This document shows, in pieces, positions 49,980 through 63,299 of a DNA stretch of 64,000 nt (positions are counted from its first letter, which is position 1; each line of letters begins with the position of its first letter). The translations under genes were made by a program, and so were the position numbers. This stretch comes from Mobula hypostoma (Eukaryota), in assembly GCF_963921235.1 (NCBI RefSeq), contig NC_086108.1:105216001-105280000 (forward strand), written 5' to 3'. The notes beneath the pieces are model-generated. The model made no database searches. It was given only the letters and a program-made list of their open reading frames with translations, and had not been told where the DNA came from.

Positions 49980-52900
49980 TCTCTGCGCCCATGACTGTGT
50001 GGCTAGGCACAGCTCAAACACCATCAATAAAATTGCCAATGACACAACTATTGTTGGCAGAATTTCAGATGGTGACTGGAAGGAGTGCATTGGTGAGATA
50101 CAGTATATCAGCTAATTGAGTGGTGTAGCACCAACAACCATGCACTCAAGGTCAGTAAGATTGAAGATTTGATTGTGGGCTTCAGGAAGGGGAAGTCAGG
50201 AGAACCCACACCAGTCCTCATCAAGAGATCAGTGGTGGAGAGAGTGATCAGTTCCAGATTCCTGGATGCCGATATCTCTGAGGATCGATTCTGGACACAA
50301 CAGATTGACACAATAACAAACAAAGCATGACGGCAGCTATATTTCATTAACAGTTTGAGGAGACTAGTATGTCACCAAAAACACTAACAAATTTCTACAG
50401 ATCTTCCATGGAGAGCATTCTTAGCGGTTGCATCATTGTCTGGTACGGAGGGGCCACCACACAGGATCGGAAAAAGCTACAGAAAGTTGCAAACTCAACC
50501 AGTTCCATCATGAGCACCAGACTCCCCAGCATTCAGGCCATTTTCAAAAGGTGATGCCTCAAAAAGACAGTATCCATCATTAAGGACCCCCATCACCCAG
50601 GACATGCCCATTTCTCATTGTCACCACCAAGGATGAGGTACAGGAGCCTGAAGACACACTCTCAATGTTTTAAGAACAAATTCTTCCTCTTGGCCATCAG
50701 GTTTCTGAATGAACAATGAATGCATGGACACTACCTCACAGTTTTTTCCTTTTTTGTTCTCTTTTTGCACTACTTATTTAATTTAATATTTTATATATAT
50801 TTCCTATTGTACTTCATAATTTTTATTATGTATTGCACTGTACTGCTGCTGCAAAGTAAGAAATTTCACATCACATAGTAGGCCAGTGATATTAAACCTG
50901 ATTCTGATTCTTACCACTGGGAAGGAGTTCAGACATCTTAGATCCCACACCCCCAGGTTCAGGAACAGTTATTACCCTACAACCATCAGGCTCCTGAACC
51001 AGCATGAATAAATTCACTCACCACAACTCTGAACTGATTCTACAACCTACAGGCTCACTTTCAAGGACTCTTTACAACTCACATTCTCAGTATTACTTTT
51101 ATTTGCAATTTATCTTCTTTTGCTCATTGATGTTTGTCAGTCTTTGTTTATGTCTAGTTTTTGTAGAATTCTATTGTATTCCTTTTCTTCCCTGTAAATG
51201 TCTGCAAGAAAGTGAGTCTCAAAGTAGTATACGGTAACATGTACATACCTCGATGACAAATTAATTTGAAACTTTTTTCTAGTTATGTGTGAGGAGAGAT
51301 GGTACACAAGGTTGTGGATGTTGTGTCTCTGTGGGACTCTCCCAATCCCTAATAATACAGCTGACCTCCAGACCACAATTCCCGGTATTCTGGCTTCAAC
51401 AAAATCACAGAGGCAGTCACGTCACCTCCTCAGTACAGTAGGCTGGTACTCTCAGGAGAAAGCATCTTGTTGTGTACCTGTCTCAACCTGAACAAAACAG
51501 GATCAAGTGGTGGTTCCCATGGAGTCATTTAAGGCAGTTTGGATGAGATGACACCCCCATTCATAGAGGCAATGCACCATTTCCCCACCATAATCTGTCA
51601 GTCTCCAACGTATCTCCCTGTGACACGTCCTCCTACTAACCTTCTTAAGCAGTTCAGCTTTGCTCGCCTGCATTATAGGAAGGACAGAGGGGGTGCCGAG
51701 GAGATTTACCCGGATGCTACCTGGATTAGAGGGCATGTCTTATGAGGATAGGCTGAATAAGCTAGGGCTTTTTCTTTGGAATGCAATATGAATTAATAGA
51801 GGTGTACAAGCTGATAAGAGGCCTAGATTGGGTGGAAAACCAGAAACATTTTCCCAGAACATAGCTAATATAAAGGGGCATAATTTAAAGGTGATTGGAG
51901 AAAAGTAGAAGGGGGATGTTAGAGGTAGTTTTTAACACAAAGGGTGGTGAATACATCTAATATATTGCCATAGGTGGTCCTAGAGTCAGATACATTAAGG
52001 ATATTCGAGAGACTTTCAGATAGACATGTGGATGATAGAAAAATGTAGGGCTATGTAGGAGGAAAGGTTTAGATTGATCTTAGAGTTTGTAAAAAGGTTG
52101 CCACAACATTGTTGCTGAAGGTCCTGTACTTTGTTGTACTGTTCTATGTTCTATGTACGATGCAATGGTGCACCATCGTCATCAGCTCTGATCTCAGTCT
52201 TGGTCACTCCTGGGGTCTCTGACTCCACTCTCTGCTACTCCCTGGGGTCTCTGTCCTTGCTCTCAGTCACTCCTGGGTCGCTGATCTCCTTCAGAATGCT
52301 CTCAGAGGTCTGAAGCTCCAAGATTCACTACCCAGACCTCTCCTCCCCCTCTGACCCCTGTTCCTTCGTAAAGGCTGCTTATTTGGCCCACATCTGAGTC
52401 AGATGCTCTCGCATCTCCTTACGTGTTTTGGTGTGACATTTTGCTTAATAAACCTGTGAGTTTTCAATTCAACACAGTGTAATCGGAGAAACTGATCCTC
52501 TACTGCTTCCACAATGAGGTCACTCTCTGCTTAGAGGAGCAAGACCTCGTATTCTAATAGGTAGCCCCCAACCTGACATCAGAGACATTGATTAATTCAA
52601 CTTCTGGTAATTTCCCACCCCCACCCCCAACCTCCTGCTCTCTTTTTCCATTCCTTATTCTGGCTCTCTTTTTACCTTTTCTCTTCTCCTGACCTGCCCA
52701 TCACCTCTGTCTGGTTTCCCTATCTCCCCTGGTCCACTGTACTCTCCTATCAGATTCCTTCTTCTTCTGCCTCCTCCACCTATCACCTCCCAGCTTCTTA
52801 CTTCATCCACCCTCTGCCACCCACCCAGAATCCCCCTCACATAATGTCACCTATCACCTGGCAGATTGTACTCCTCTTCCTCCCCGAACCTACTTATTCT

Positions 52901-53344
52901 GGCTTCTACCCCCTTCCTTTCAAGTCCTGATGAAGGGTCTTGGATTGAACGGTCAACTGTTTATTTCCTCCAGTATTTTGTGTGTGTTGCTCCCAGTCAC
53001 GTGTTGACCAGACAACCTTTTTAGAGCACACGATCACCCTGATTTTACCTTATCCGACTCATCCCCCTTACCCATCCGTCTGCTGCTTAACAAGCTTCAC
53101 TTGTCAAAGTTCAGAGTAACTTTATTATCAAAGTACATGTATGACACTATACACAAGCCTGGGATTCATTTTCTTGTGGGCATTCACAGTAAATACAAGA
53201 AATACAACAGAATCAATGAAGGACCACACACAACAGAAGGGATAACAACCAATGTGAAATAGACAACAAACTGTGGAAATACAAAATAGAAAGAAAGAAA
53301 AAAAGAAATAACAATAATAACAATAATCAATAAATAATACCATG

Positions 53345-53450
53345 AGCCGGCTGGTGACGTAGTGACATCAGCGTCGGACTTCAGAGCGAAGGCTCCCGAG
53401 TTCGAATCCAGCTGGTTCCCTTGCACGCTTTCCATCATGCCGGTGTCCCA
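53345..53450 (+). mobile_element. tRNA-derived SINE head
   Basis: A-box-like TGACGTAGTG and B box GTTCGAATCC (53400-53409). Confidence 0.6.
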
Positions 53451-54035
53451 ATGACTCCACTCAGAGTTAAGGGCTTTCTTCTTCTTCAATACCATGACTA
53501 TAAAATATAGGAGCAGAATTAGGCCATTTGGCCAATCAAGCTTGCTCCGCCATTCCATCGTGGCTGATCCTGGATCCCACTCAACCCCACACACTTGCCT
53601 TCTCGCCATATCCTTTGATTCCCCGACTAATCAGGAAAAGATCAACTTCGCCTTTAATATACCCATGGACTTGGCCTCCACTGCAGCCTGTGGCAGAGCA
53701 TTCACAGATTTACTACTCTCTAGCTAAAAAAATTCCTCCTTACCTCCATTCTAAAAGGTCACCCCTCAAATTTTGAGGCTGTGCCCTCTAGTTCTAGATA
53801 CCCCCACCAGAGAAAACATGCTTTCCGCATCCACCTTATCTAGTCCTTTCAACATTTGGTAGGTTTAAAGGAGATTCCCCTGCATTCTTCTAAATTCCAA
53901 TGGGTACTGGCCAAAGCTGCCCAACGTTCCTCATACGTTAACTCCTTCATTTCTGGAATCATCCTCATGAACCTCCTCTGGACTCTCTCCAACGACAACA
54001 CATCCTTTCTGAGATATCGGGCTCAAAACTGTTGA

Positions 54036-55607
54036 TACTGTTTTTCTACCTGGAAACAGAGAGGCATTTGTAGTGTAGGTGACCTATATATTAATGGAAA
54101 CTTTGCCTCATTTGCGCAGTTACAAGCAGTTTACGATATCCCTGCATCTAGTTTTTTTTACATATTTACAAATTTGAGGTTATGTTAGGAAATATAAACC
54201 TAACTTCGAAGTTTTAGACAAACACGATTCCCTGGAGGCAATAAATAAATTTGATCCTGTTACTCGTAGTGCGGTATCCTATTTTTATCAGATCCCACAT
54301 AATGGAGCTCGGGTGAATACTGCAGGTTTTAAACAGGCATGGGTGGATGAATTGGGTATAGAACTGACAGAGGAGGTCTGGGATGAGTGCTTAAAGAGTA
54401 TACATGATTGTTCGGTCAACGTCAGATGCAGACTTATACAGTTTAAAACATAGAAACATAGAAAATAGGTGCAGGAGTAGGCTATTCGGCCCTTCGAGCC
54501 TGCACCGCCATTTATTATGATCATGGCTGATCATCCAACTCAGAACCCTGCACCAGCCTTCCCCCCATACCCCCGATCCCTTTAGCCACAAGGGCCATAT
54601 CTAACTCCCTCTTAAATATAGCCAATGAACTGGCTTCAACAGTTTCCTGTGGCAGAGAATTCCACAGATTCACCACTCTCTGTGTGCAGAAGTTTTTCCT
54701 AATCTCGGTCCTAAAAGGCTTCCCCTTTATCCTCAAACTGTGACCCCTCGTTCTGGACTTCCCCAACATCGAGAACAATCTTCCTGCATCTAGCCTGTCC
54801 AATCCCTTTAGGATCTTATACGTTTCAATCAGATCCCCCCTCAATCTTCTAAATTCCAACGAGTACAAGCCCAGTTCATCCAGTCTTTCTTCATATGAAA
54901 GTCCTGCCATCCCAGGAATCAATCTGGTGAACCTTCTTTGTACTCCCTCTATGGCAAAGATGTCTTTCAATACGTAGACTCCATTATTCCAAAGAAAAGT
55001 TGTACAGTTTCTACCCTGATGTTTCACCAGTTTGTAATAGATGTAAATCTGTGAACAGTAACTTGTCACATTCATTCTGGTCATGTTGTAAGCTTTATGC
55101 ATACTGGAAAAGTATTTTTCACTGTTTCTCTGAGGCTTTTGGGAAGCGGTGGGAACCAGACCCGCTCATTGCCATCCTTGGAGCAACAAGCTCCCTATCT
55201 TCAGCCAATATGTATGAAAAAATGGCTGTATTGTTTGGAATGGTGATTGCTAAGAAGTTAATCCTGCAAATGTGGAAAATGGACTCTGTGCCTACGTACG
55301 ATCTGTGGCTGAGAGAACTGGAAAATACTTCACATTTGGAGAGACTGAGACTATATAATGAGGATAGAGAGGATATCTTTGAAAGGATATGGGGCCAAGT
55401 ATTGGGCTTTCTTACGGTGTGAGGACTGAGGTTTTTTGGTGCAGTGCACCTATGCTGTGTATGTTTACTTTTGCCTTTATATTTTTCTCCTTTATGCTGC
55501 TCAATATTTAATTTGATTTTGTTATGGTTGTGGTTTTTGTGGATGTGCTGTTTTTTTGTTTTTTTGTTTGTTTGTAATAAATAAATAAAAATTAAATTAA
55601 AAAAAAA
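54036..55607 (+). mobile_element. 5'-truncated L1-clade element (C-terminal CCHC, 3'UTR, A-rich tail)
   Basis: CNRC…HSFWSC in ORF 55000-55422; AATAAA and A-rich tail; TSD AAAACTGTTGA / AAAACTATTGA (54025-54035, 55604-55614). Confidence 0.88.
54446..54968 (-). mobile_element. Young CR1 subfamily 3' end, copy 4
   Basis: Near-identical to 48930-49495; splits the L1 frame IQFK|TIRRLHY. Confidence 0.92.
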
Positions 55608-56494
55608 CTATTGACAATACTCCAAGTGCGACCTGACTAGTGTCTTATAAAGCCTCAGCATTATCTCCTTGTTTTGATATTCTATTTCCCTTGAAATAAA
55701 TGCCAACATTGTATTTACCTTCTTTACCACAGACTCAACCTGTAAATTAACTTTCTGGGAGACTTGCATGAGGACTCCTAAGCCCCTCTTCACCTCTGAT
55801 GTTTGAAGGTTCTCCCCATTTAGATAATAGTCTGCACTTTTGTTCCTTTTACCAAAATGCATTATCATGCATTTTCCAACACTGTATTCCATCTGCCAAT
55901 TTTTACCCATTCTTCTAATTTGTCTAAGTCCTGCTACAATGGCATTGCTTCCTCAGCACTACCTGCCCCTCCACCTATGTTTGTATCATCTGCAAAATTT
56001 GCCACAAAACCATCAATTCCATTATCTAAATCACTGACAAACAATTTGAAAACTAGCAGTCCTAATACTGATCCCACAAGGAACTCCACTAGTCACAGGC
56101 AGCCAAGCAGAAAGGCCTCCTTTATTCCTACTTGCTGCCTCCTGCTTGTCAATTATTCTGCTATCCATGGCAGTATATTTCCTGTAACACTATAGGATTT
56201 TATCCTGTTAAGCAGCCTCATGTGTGGTAGCTTATCAAGTGCCTTCTGAAAACCAAGTAAATGACATCCACTTCTCTCTATTGTTCACCTGCTTGTTACA
56301 TCCTCAAAGAACTCTATCAGATTTGTCAAGCAAAATTTCCCTCGACAGAAACCATGCTGACATTGACTTATTTTATCATAAGTCTTCAAGCACCCCAAAA
56401 CTTCATCCATTCAAGCACCCCAAAACTTCATCCTTAATAATAGACTACTACACTTTCTTAGCCACTGAGGTTAGGTTAACTGGCCTATAATTTC

Positions 56495-56780
56495 AACGTC
56501 AAGAGGTGGGAGAACATGGCAAGCGATCGCTCTCACTGGAGGCTAGAACTACGCAGAGGTCTAAAAAGAGGAGAAGAGAAGAGAAGAAAAACACACTCAT
56601 CGGAAAAACAGCACCAAGACAACACTGGAGGACAGCGCCTTCAAGTGCAGTCACTGCAGCCGAGACTGTCACTCCCGTGTGGGACTCTACAGCCACAACA
56701 GACGCTGCTCTAACACAGACTGAAGCGAGACTTTCCAGCGCAGATCCGTGGTCTCGCGAGACTAACGGATGCCACCACCA
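56495..56780 (+). mobile_element. RTE-clade LINE 3' end
   Basis: WENMASDRSHWR; zinc-finger CSHCSRDCHSRVGLYSH; (CCA)n tail; CCTATA duplicated at the flanks. Confidence 0.85.
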
Positions 56781-57429
56781 CCTATACTTTTCTTGCCTTC
56801 CTCCTTTTTTAAAGAGCCAAGTGACATTTGCAATTTTCCAGTCCTCTGGGACCATGCCAGGATCAAGTGATTCTTGAAAGATCATGACCGATGCATCCAT
56901 TATCTCTTCAGCAACCTCCCTCAGGGCTCTGAGATGTGGTCCGTCTGGTTCAGGTAACGTATCCAACTTAAGACCTTTGAGTTTGCCTAGCATTTTTTCC
57001 TTTGTAATAGCAATGACACTCACTCCTGTTCCCTGACACTCATGGACTTCTGACACACTGCTAATGTTTTCCACAGTGAAGACAGATGCTAAGTAACTAT
57101 TGCATTTATCTGCCATTTCTTTGACCCCATTACTACCTCAGCAGTATCATTTTCCAGTGGTCCAATATCAACTCTCACCTCCCTTCTATATTACTGAAAG
57201 AAACGTTGACTATCCTGCTTTATATTATTTGCTAGTTTGCCCTCATATTTCATAATTTCTCTTCTTATAGCTTTTTAGTTGCCTTGTCCCGGTAACCCTT
57301 CATGAGCTGACCAATCAAGAATCTATCAGCCTCTGCCAGCCTCTGCCTTAAACATTCCCAATGACTTGCCCTCCACAGCCACCTGTGTAAAGCAATAAAT
57401 GAGATGAAAAGTCCTTGATAGTGAATCCA

Positions 57430-58030
57430 GAATCAGAATCAGGTTTATTATCACCAGCATGTATCGCTAAATTTGTTAACTTAGCAGCAGCAGTTCAATG
57501 CAGTACATAATATAGAAGAAGAAGAAAATAGTAATAATAAATAAGTAAATCAATTACAGTATATGTATATTGAATAGATTAAAAATCGTGCAGAAACAGA
57601 AATAATATATATTAAAAAAGTGAGGTAGTGTCCAAGGGTTCAATGTCCATTTAGGAATCGGATGGCAGAGGGGAAGAAGCTGTTCCTGAATCACTGAGTG
57701 TGTGCCTTCAGGCTTCTGTACCTCCTACCTGATGGTAACAGTGAGAAAAGGGCATGCCCTGGGTGCTGGAGGTCCTTAATAATGGACGCTGCCTTTCTGA
57801 GATATCGCTCCTTGAAGATGTCTTGGGTACTTTGTAGGCTAGTACCCAAGATGGAGTCACTAAATTTACAACCCTCTGCAGCTTCTTTCGGTCCTGTACA
57901 GTGCCCCCCCCCCATACCAGACAGTGATGCAGCCTGTCAGAATGCTCTCCATGGTACATCTATAGAAGTTTTTGAGTGTATTTGTTGACATACCAAATCT
58001 CTTCAAACTCCTAATGAAATACAGTCGCTG
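57430..58030 (-). mobile_element. Rex1-derived 3' fragment (abundant family)
   Basis: LYFIRSLKRFGMS…ESILTGCITVWYG; (CAGAAT)n tail; similar copies at about 44000-44430, 45380-45830 and 63450-63760. Confidence 0.75.
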
Positions 58031-60262
58031 TCTTTGGAATGTCGGAGGAATCCGGAGCACCCAGAGGAAACCCACACAGTCAGTGAGGAGGATGCACAAG
58101 CTCCTTATAGGCAACAGCAGGAATTGAACCCTGATTGCTGGTGCTGTTAAACTTTACACCAACAGCTCTGCCACTCTGCCACTCATGAACACAGAACACA
58201 GAACAATACAACACTGTACAGGCACTATGACCTATGATCTTGTGCCAACCTTTTAACCTACTCCAAGATCAATCTAACCCTTCCTTCCCACATGGCCCTC
58301 CATTTTTCTTTCATCCATGTGCCTGTCTAAGGGTCTCTTAAATATCGCTTCAGCATTTTCTGGCTTTCTTTTGCACTTCCAGCAGCTACAGATTTTTTTT
58401 TTTTGATTTTCTCTACTTAATCACAAACTATTAATGGTGTTTTACTGCAGTGTTCAAATTTCTCAGTTCATGGAGGTTTACCATGACAAATTATAAAGAA
58501 CAAATGTTCAGCTATTGTTAAGCATTTGCCATTACCTTTTGAAATGAGTTTAATGCTCTACTGTAGGCAAATCTGTGGCAGAGTTCAAAGTTCAAAGTAA
58601 ATTTATTATCGAGGTACCATATGCTACCCAGAGATTCATTTTCTTGTGGGCATTCACAGTAGAGCAAAGAAATGCATTAGATTTAATGAAAAGCTGCACA
58701 CAAAACAAAGACTGACAGCGACCAAGGTGCAAAAGAAGACAATCTATGCAAATACAAAAAAAAGAATTGTAAATAAATAGTTTGTTTGTTCGTTCCGTAC
58801 CATGTCGCGTGATGTGGGTGATCGTGGTCTTTCCATGCTCATGAATGTTCCAGGCAAATTTTTCTACAGAAGTGGTTTTCCATTGCCTTCTTCTGGGCAG
58901 TATCTTTACAAGATGGGTGACCCCATCCATTATCAATATTCTTCAGGGATTGTCTGCCTGGTGTCAGTGGCTGCATTACCAGGACTTGTGATATGGACCA
59001 GCAGCTCATACGACCATCCACCACCTGTTCCCATGGATTCTCATGATACTGACTGGGTTGGGGGTGGGGGGGAGGATGCGAAGCAGGTGCTACATCTTGC
59101 CAAAAGGTGATCTGCAGGCTAGCAGAGGGAAGGAGGGCCTTACACCTCCTTTGATAGAGATGCATCTCCACCCCACTACCCAAAATAAATAGTAAGTAAA
59201 TAATACTGAGAACAGGAGTTACAGAGTCAGTTCATAGGTTGTGGAATCAGTTCAGTGTTGAGGTGAGTGAAGTTATCCATGCTGGTTCAGGGGCCTGATG
59301 GTTGAAGGATAGTAACTGCTTCTGAACCTAGCGGTGTGGAACCTGAAGCTTCTGTACCTCTCTCCCGAAGGCAGCAGCAAGAAATGAGCATGGCCTTGGA
59401 TGCTGGGGGTTCTTCGATGATGAATGCTGTGTTCTTGACGCAGCGCTCCTTATAGTTATGTTCAATGATGGACAGGACTTTTCCTGTGATGGACTGGCCT
59501 GTATCCACTAATTTTAGACTTTTACCTTCTTGAGCTTTGGTGTTTCCATACTTGGCCATGATACAACCAGTCAGGATATTCTCCTCTGTGCATCTATCTA
59601 AGTTTACCTATTACCTAGTGCATAGCATTGCCACTACAGTAGTTGTATAAAGAGCCTTCATGTTGGTCAATTTTGGTAGAATTTGTCAAGGGTTGGTCAG
59701 GATATTTGAACAACTCCTTATGAAGGAAGCCACAGGATTTTTAATAAACACCAGAAATTGTACAGATGCTGGAAATCTTGAGGAACACAAAATGCTGGAG
59801 GAACTCAGCAAAGATCTCTAATGTACAACTGAAAAGGCAGTGGGATTTGTTTAACTTTTGATTTCAAAGGGGTCAGTACAGGTGTCTCTCAATATTGTGT
59901 TGAAACCTTGGTCAAAGTCCCAGAGTCACAAAGGAATACTGCACTGAAACAAGCATTTTAGCCCTACTCAACCACACCAATTTGCCTGCTTTTGGCCCAG
60001 TAGGCACAGTGGCATAGTGGTTAGCCCAGTGCTATACAGTACCAGCCACCTGGGTTCATTTCCTGGCACTGCCTGTAAAGAGTTTGTATATTCTCCCCAT
60101 GACCATGAGTGCTCCAGTTTCCTCCAAAGACGTACCGGTCGATAGGTTTATTGATCATTATAAAGTGTCCCATAATTAAATTGGAGATTGCTGGGCATTG
60201 TGGCTCGAAGAGCTGGAAGGGCCTACTCTGGGCTGTATCTCAATAAATAAAATAAAATAAAC

Positions 60263-60342
60263 CAGGATTCCCAACTGTTTTTTATGCCATGGAGACTTAC
60301 CATTAACCAAGGGGTCCATGGAGCCCAGGTTGGGAGCTTCTG
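60263..60342. mobile_element. Small hAT (Charlie-like) MITE
   Basis: CAGGATTCCCAAC…GTTGGGAGCTTCTG imperfect TIRs; right flank CTCTAAAC, left flank …TAAAC. Confidence 0.55.
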
Positions 60343-62069
60343 CTCTAAACCATTCTTATCCATGTAACTGTTAAAATGACCTTTATATCCTGATTAAATA
60401 TTTAAATACACCTGTCTCATCACATCCTCTGGCAGGTCATTCCATATACAGACCACTCCCTGTGTAAAAGGTTGCTCCACTAGTCCATAGTAAATCTCTC
60501 CCTTCTCATTTTAAGCCTATACCCTCTTATTATTGATTCTTTTCCCCTGAGAAAAAGACTGTGTATTCAGCCTTGTAGGGCACTGAGGAGTGTGGTGGAA
60601 TAGAGGGATTTAGGAATACAGATTCACAGTTCCTTGAAAGTGGTGTCACAGATAGATAGAATAGAATAGAACTTTGTTTTCATTGCTCAAGACAATGAGA
60701 TTGCAGTGCTAATCCAGTCCATGCAAAAGCAGGTATTTACAATGCATGCTGTACGGCTTAATTAAAAAAAAATCCCACATCTACATGCAACAAATGATTT
60801 TGATAGTCCATAACACTCAAAGGCCATTGGCAAGCCAGGGTGTAGCATTATTCAGCTGTACTCGGGAAGAAGCTGTCCTTCAGGCTTACTGCCTTGGTGA
60901 AGATGTTTCTGCATTTCCTACCAAATGGCAGGAGATTGGACAGATGGTGTCCAGGATGGTCTGGGTGTTTCACGGTGCTACGAGCGTACTGAAGGCATCA
61001 AGAGTTGTGAATAGTCTCCAGGTCTCCTACCTATGGGAAAAATATTAATAAGATTGAAAGAGTGCAGAGAAAATTTAGAAGTATTTTGGTGGGAGTTGAG
61101 GACCTGAGTTATAGGGAAAGATTAAATAGGTTAGGATTTTATTCCCGGGAGTGCAGGAGAATAAGGGGAGATTTGATAGAGACATACAAAATTGTGATGG
61201 GTATAGATTGAGTAATTGCAATCAGGCTTTTTCCATTGAGGTTGGGTACAACTAGAACTAAAGAGAGAACTTCTTCACTGAGAGGATAGTGAGAGTGTGG
61301 AACAAGCTGCCAGCAGAGTGGTAGATGCAAGTTCGATTGCAACATTAAGAGAAGTTGGTATAAGTAAATAGATGGGAGGGTAAGGAGGACTATGGTCCAA
61401 GTGCAGGTCGATGGGACTAGGCAGAATAATAGTTTGACCAGAGGGTGGTAAATTTTAGAATTTGTTACCACAGGGTCCTGAGGAGGTGAAGGCATTAGGA
61501 GTTTAAAAGGCAGAAATATATAGGTTCTTGATTGATAAGGGGGGGAGTATTAAGGGCTGTGGGTAAAGATGGGAGAATGGGGCAGACTCGTTTGATCAAG
61601 CACCCCAATTTTGCTGGTATATCATACAGCTTACTGTTATCTCGCTATCTTGTCATGGCCTTTGAACTGTGTTCCAAAGGCTCAGAGGTTCATTTATTAT
61701 CAAAGCATTTATCCATATACAACTCTGAAATTTGTCTTCTCCAGATAGACACGAAACAAGAAAGAACATGGAAGTCGTTCAGACAGAAACATCCAACCCA
61801 ACCCCCCCCGCACAAAAAAGAAAGGCCCAAAAAACAACCCCTCCCCTGCACAAAAAATAGAACACAACAGAATACAAATCCCCAAACACATCTCCCCTCG
61901 CACAACAAAATGAAAAAGGAATGGGTTCAGGTCTGTGGAACTTTCTGTGGAACACTATATTCTCCATTCTTTTTTTTTCTCTCTCCCTCTTTTGCACTAC
62001 CTTGATGAATTCCTTTGGTTTGGAGTGACCTGTGTGGATGGCACATTTTCCACGGTATCTTAGTACATA

Positions 62070-62590
62070 TAACCATATAACAATTACAGCACGGAAACAG
62101 GCCATCTCGATCCTTCTAGTCCGTGTCGAACTCTTACTCTCACCTAGTCCCACTGACCTGCACTCAGCCCATAATCCTCCATTCCTTTCCTGTCCATATA
62201 CCTATCCAATTTTTTTTTAAATGACAAAATCGAACCTGCCTCAACCACTTCTACTGGAAGCTCATTCCACACAGCTACCACTGAGTAAAGAAGTTCCACC
62301 TCGTGTTACCCCTAAACTTTTGCCCCTTAACTCTCAACTCATGTCCTCTTGTTTGAATCTCTCCTACTCATAATGGAAAAAGCCTATCCACGTCAACCCT
62401 ATCTAACCCCCTCATAATTTTAAACACTTCTATCAAGTCCCCCCTCAACCTTCTACGCTCCAAAGAATAAACACCTAACTTGTTCAACCTTTCTCTGTAA
62501 CTTAGGAGATGAAACCCAGGTAACATTCTAGTAAATTTCCTCTATACTCTTTCTATTTTGTTGACATCGTTCCTATAATTCAGTGATTTG
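62070..62590 (-). mobile_element. CR1 3' fragment
   Basis: Homologous to 485-1010. Confidence 0.85.
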
Positions 62591-63246
62591 GTGTCGTATT
62601 CACATATGACACATATTGTCATGTGTGATAATAACAAAAAATTTCCAATTACAAGCCACCAGAGGAAGTGGTAGAGGTGGGAGCAATTATGATCCTTACA
62701 AAATATTTTGTTAGGTGTGTGGATGGGAAAGATTTAGACTGATAAGGGCCAAATATAGGCAGAGTGAACTAGTTTAAATAAACACATTGGTTGCAATCAA
62801 ACCTGCATCTTCTACTTCTGTTGGCAGCGCGTTCCACACTCTCACTACCCTCTGAGTGAAGAAGATCTCCCTTTAGTTCTAATCTATCCAACCTCAATGG
62901 AAAAAGCCTGCTATTGCTGTGGACAAAGGCCATCAAGGACGAGGGCTAGTTGCCCCACAGGTTGGAGGATCCCAGCATCGCAGTCCACTTAGAGGGCATG
63001 AGTGGGTGAGCCCGGAGTTCGAAAGCTTAGCGTTCAGGGTGCTATCATCAGCAAGTGCTGGGGTCGATTCTGAAGCCCAAAGGTCAAAGACCAGAGTTGG
63101 CACTTTTGAATGTCGAGGCCTAGTAGCTGAAGCCTGGGTCTGCGAGCCTGTGAGTCCACTGGGGAGGTCAGATGGCCAATATCTGTGAGTCTGCGAAACC
63201 ACTGGGGGATAGGGGCCCAGCGGCGGCTTATTCTGGGGTTGGAGGG

Positions 63247-63256
63247 GTGTGTGTGC

Positions 63257-63298
<42 letters not shown>
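63247..63298. repeat. (GT)n microsatellite
   Basis: Direct observation; two GC interruptions. Confidence 0.95.

Positions 63299-63299
<1 letters not shown>

Larger units (their letters stand above)
47100..50910 (+). mobile_element. Decayed Rex1/Babar-like LINE interrupted by an LTR
   Basis: [35 protein letters not shown]; resumes at 49984; (GATTCT)n-like tail near 50900. Confidence 0.8.
53490..57285 (-). mobile_element. Long CR1 LINE fragment hosting L1 and RTE insertions
   Basis: LASVFTVE…VPEDWKIANVT.LFKKG; GLGVLMQ…LVRSHLEYC; the host rejoins across both insertions. Confidence 0.88.

Noticed and set aside
52190..52290. CRISPR-like spaced repeats (CTCCTGGGGTCTCTG x3)
   Set aside because: Degenerate minisatellite in eukaryotic DNA; no cas genes
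56385..56433. 24-bp tandem duplication TTCAAGCACCCCAAAACTTCATCC
   Set aside because: Ordinary slippage inside a dead CR1
61532..62153. 157-aa and 124-aa ORFs
   Set aside because: They span repeat tails and compositionally biased sequence; no homology recognised
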